Position numbers and translations under genes: made by a program. 64,000 bases of DNA, from IMG/VR virus record IMGVR_UViG_3300045391_004889, positions 32,001-96,000 of that record. One strand, given 5' to 3'. Below, piece by piece: positions 62,555 to 64,000 of this stretch (positions are counted from its first letter, which is position 1; each line of letters starts with the position of its first letter). Below the pieces are notes generated by a model, which searched no databases, was not told the DNA's origin, and saw only the letters and a list, made by a program, of their open reading frames with translations. This DNA is from a virus.

Positions 62555-63945
62555 TGCTGCGGATGCGGGACCTCAGCCCGGACCAGGTGGTGGCGCTTGA
62601 CCGCATCGCCGCCTGGTTCCAGGGCGTGGAGGGCAACGTCAGGCACTGTGACGACGAGCAGTGCGCGCCGTACGAGCACACCCACGGCCAGGGAACCGAC
62701 GCCCCGGTGTTCAGCATGGGTGGCGTCGCCGGGACCGGCAAGACCACCGTCATGCGGTGGCTGGAGGCCGCCCTGGCGTGCCGGGTGACGTACGGCGTGC
62801 CCACCCACAAGGCGGCCAGGGTGCTGCGCGGGAAGCTCGACGCCGGCGCTCAGGAGCGTGTCAACACCTTCCACTCCCTGGCGTACTACCCGAACGTGCG
62901 GTACGTCTGCACCCGGACGCGGCAGCCGGTGAGGCTCGCGGTGCAGCCAGGTGGCTGTGGTCACCCGACCGACAGCGACTGCGACTGCCCGATGCGGTTC
63001 GACCCGTGCAACGCGGGTGCCGCTCACGACTGCGTCGTGGACGAGCAGCTGCGGTGGGAAGATCGGCCGTACCTCACCGGGGCGTGTGACCTGCTGGTCC
63101 TCGACGAGTCCTCGATGGTGTCTGAGGAGGACGTGGAGAGGCTCAGGGTGTTCGGGGTGCCGCTCCTTCTGGTGGGCGACCACGGGCAGCTCCCACCCGT
63201 CAAGGCGAAGATGAACGCGTGGACGATGAACCCACACGTGTCGCTGACGGAGAACCACCGTCAGAAGAACGACACGTCGGGGATCGTGGACGTGGCGCTC
63301 GCCTTCCGGGACGGGAAGAAGCCGCCGGTGGGCTCGTACGGGGACGGGCGAACGGTCGTGGTGCCCAGGACCGGGGCAGGCGTCGGCGAGCTCCTCAGGC
63401 CGGAGAGGTACCAGGGTGAGGGTGCCCAGCGACCCGCGATCGTGTGCCCCTGGAACAAACTCCGCGCGAACATCAACAAGAACTTCCACGGCCACGGGCC
63501 GGTGCGGGCGGGTGACCAGGTGGTGGCGCTGTCCCGGTGCCTGGCACCCCTGGTACGGAACCCGCTCGGACTCAACGCGACGATGAGCTCGCTCGACCTG
63601 GGGGACACCGTCCCGGTGTTCAACGGGCAGACTGGCACCGTCACGGCGGTGCTGGCCACGCGGGCGAAGACGTGTGACCTCGTGGTGAACCTCGAGGGGG
63701 TGGGGCAGGTGCTGGTGACGAACGTGGCCAACGACCAGTTCGGCCGTCCCGCCCAGCTGGCGCTCAACGAGCGGCCGGTGGGCGCGCGGCTGTGGGACTA
63801 CGCCTACGCGATCACCGCTCACAAGGCGCAGGGCTCGGAGTGGGACAACGTGCTGGTGCTGGAGGAGAACCCCCAGGACTACGCCCGGTGGATGTACACC
63901 GCGGTGACGCGGGCCAAGGACAAGCTCGTGGTGGTGAGGTACTGA
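62554..63945 (+). CDS. Dda/RecD-like SF1B helicase with Cys-rich inserts
   Basis: GVAGTGKT, PTHKAA, TFHS, LDESSMV, GDHGQLPPV, HRQ, YAITAHKAQGSEW, YTAVTRA. Confidence 0.93.
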   Translation: MLRMRDLSPDQVVALDRIAAWFQGVEGNVRHCDDEQCAPYEHTHGQGTDAPVFSMGGVAGTGKTTVMRWLEAALACRVTYGVPTHKAARVLRGKLDAGAQERVNTFHSLAYYPNVRYVCTRTRQPVRLAVQPGGCGHPTDSDCDCPMRFDPCNAGAAHDCVVDEQLRWEDRPYLTGACDLLVLDESSMVSEEDVERLRVFGVPLLLVGDHGQLPPVKAKMNAWTMNPHVSLTENHRQKNDTSGIVDVALAFRDGKKPPVGSYGDGRTVVVPRTGAGVGELLRPERYQGEGAQRPAIVCPWNKLRANINKNFHGHGPVRAGDQVVALSRCLAPLVRNPLGLNATMSSLDLGDTVPVFNGQTGTVTAVLATRAKTCDLVVNLEGVGQVLVTNVANDQFGRPAQLALNERPVGARLWDYAYAITAHKAQGSEWDNVLVLEENPQDYARWMYTAVTRAKDKLVVVRY

Positions 63946-63946
63946 C

Positions 63947-64000
63947 GTGGCACCTGAGAAGAGCTACGGCAAGCGGTGCGGCTGCGGCCACACCGTCAGC
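63947..64000 (+). CDS. partial hypothetical protein (runs off the window)
   Basis: GAGG RBS, GTG start, MAPEKSYGKRCGCGH. Confidence 0.4.
   Translation, partial: MAPEKSYGKRCGCGHTVS

Overview
The window is a 64-kb stretch of a high-GC tailed dsDNA phage genome. It is siphovirus-like and most likely infects Streptomyces or a close actinomycete, judged from its GH25 endolysin with an actinophage-type PG-binding tail and its HrdB/SigA-like promoters. Plus strand 0.3-36.8 kb: packaging, head, tail and lysis genes (TerS, TerL, an inserted repeat-protein/spike module, a portal carrying ParB-like, HiPIP-like and NUDIX domains, protease-scaffold, capsid, tail tube, frameshifted chaperone, tape measure, minor tail proteins, endolysin). 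Minus strand 36.8-60.6 kb: early and middle genes, including 11 tRNAs, an unexplained structured RNA inside the tRNA array, replication and recombination genes (PolA, SNF2 helicase, Sak4-like ATPase, PD-(D/E)XK exonuclease, SSB) and a candidate cytosine-hypermodification pathway (Asp-type TS homologue, kinase-UDG-like fusion, deaminase, all-alpha dNTPase, GT-B glycosyltransferase, divergent C5-MTase). Plus strand from 60.7 kb: small genes and a Dda/RecD-like helicase. About 18 look-alike promoters punctuate the non-structural arm. Most are followed by CAGGAA boxes and many sit inside hairpins. No integrase, CRISPR array or host genes are visible. All functional calls come from motif recognition by eye; no database search was run.
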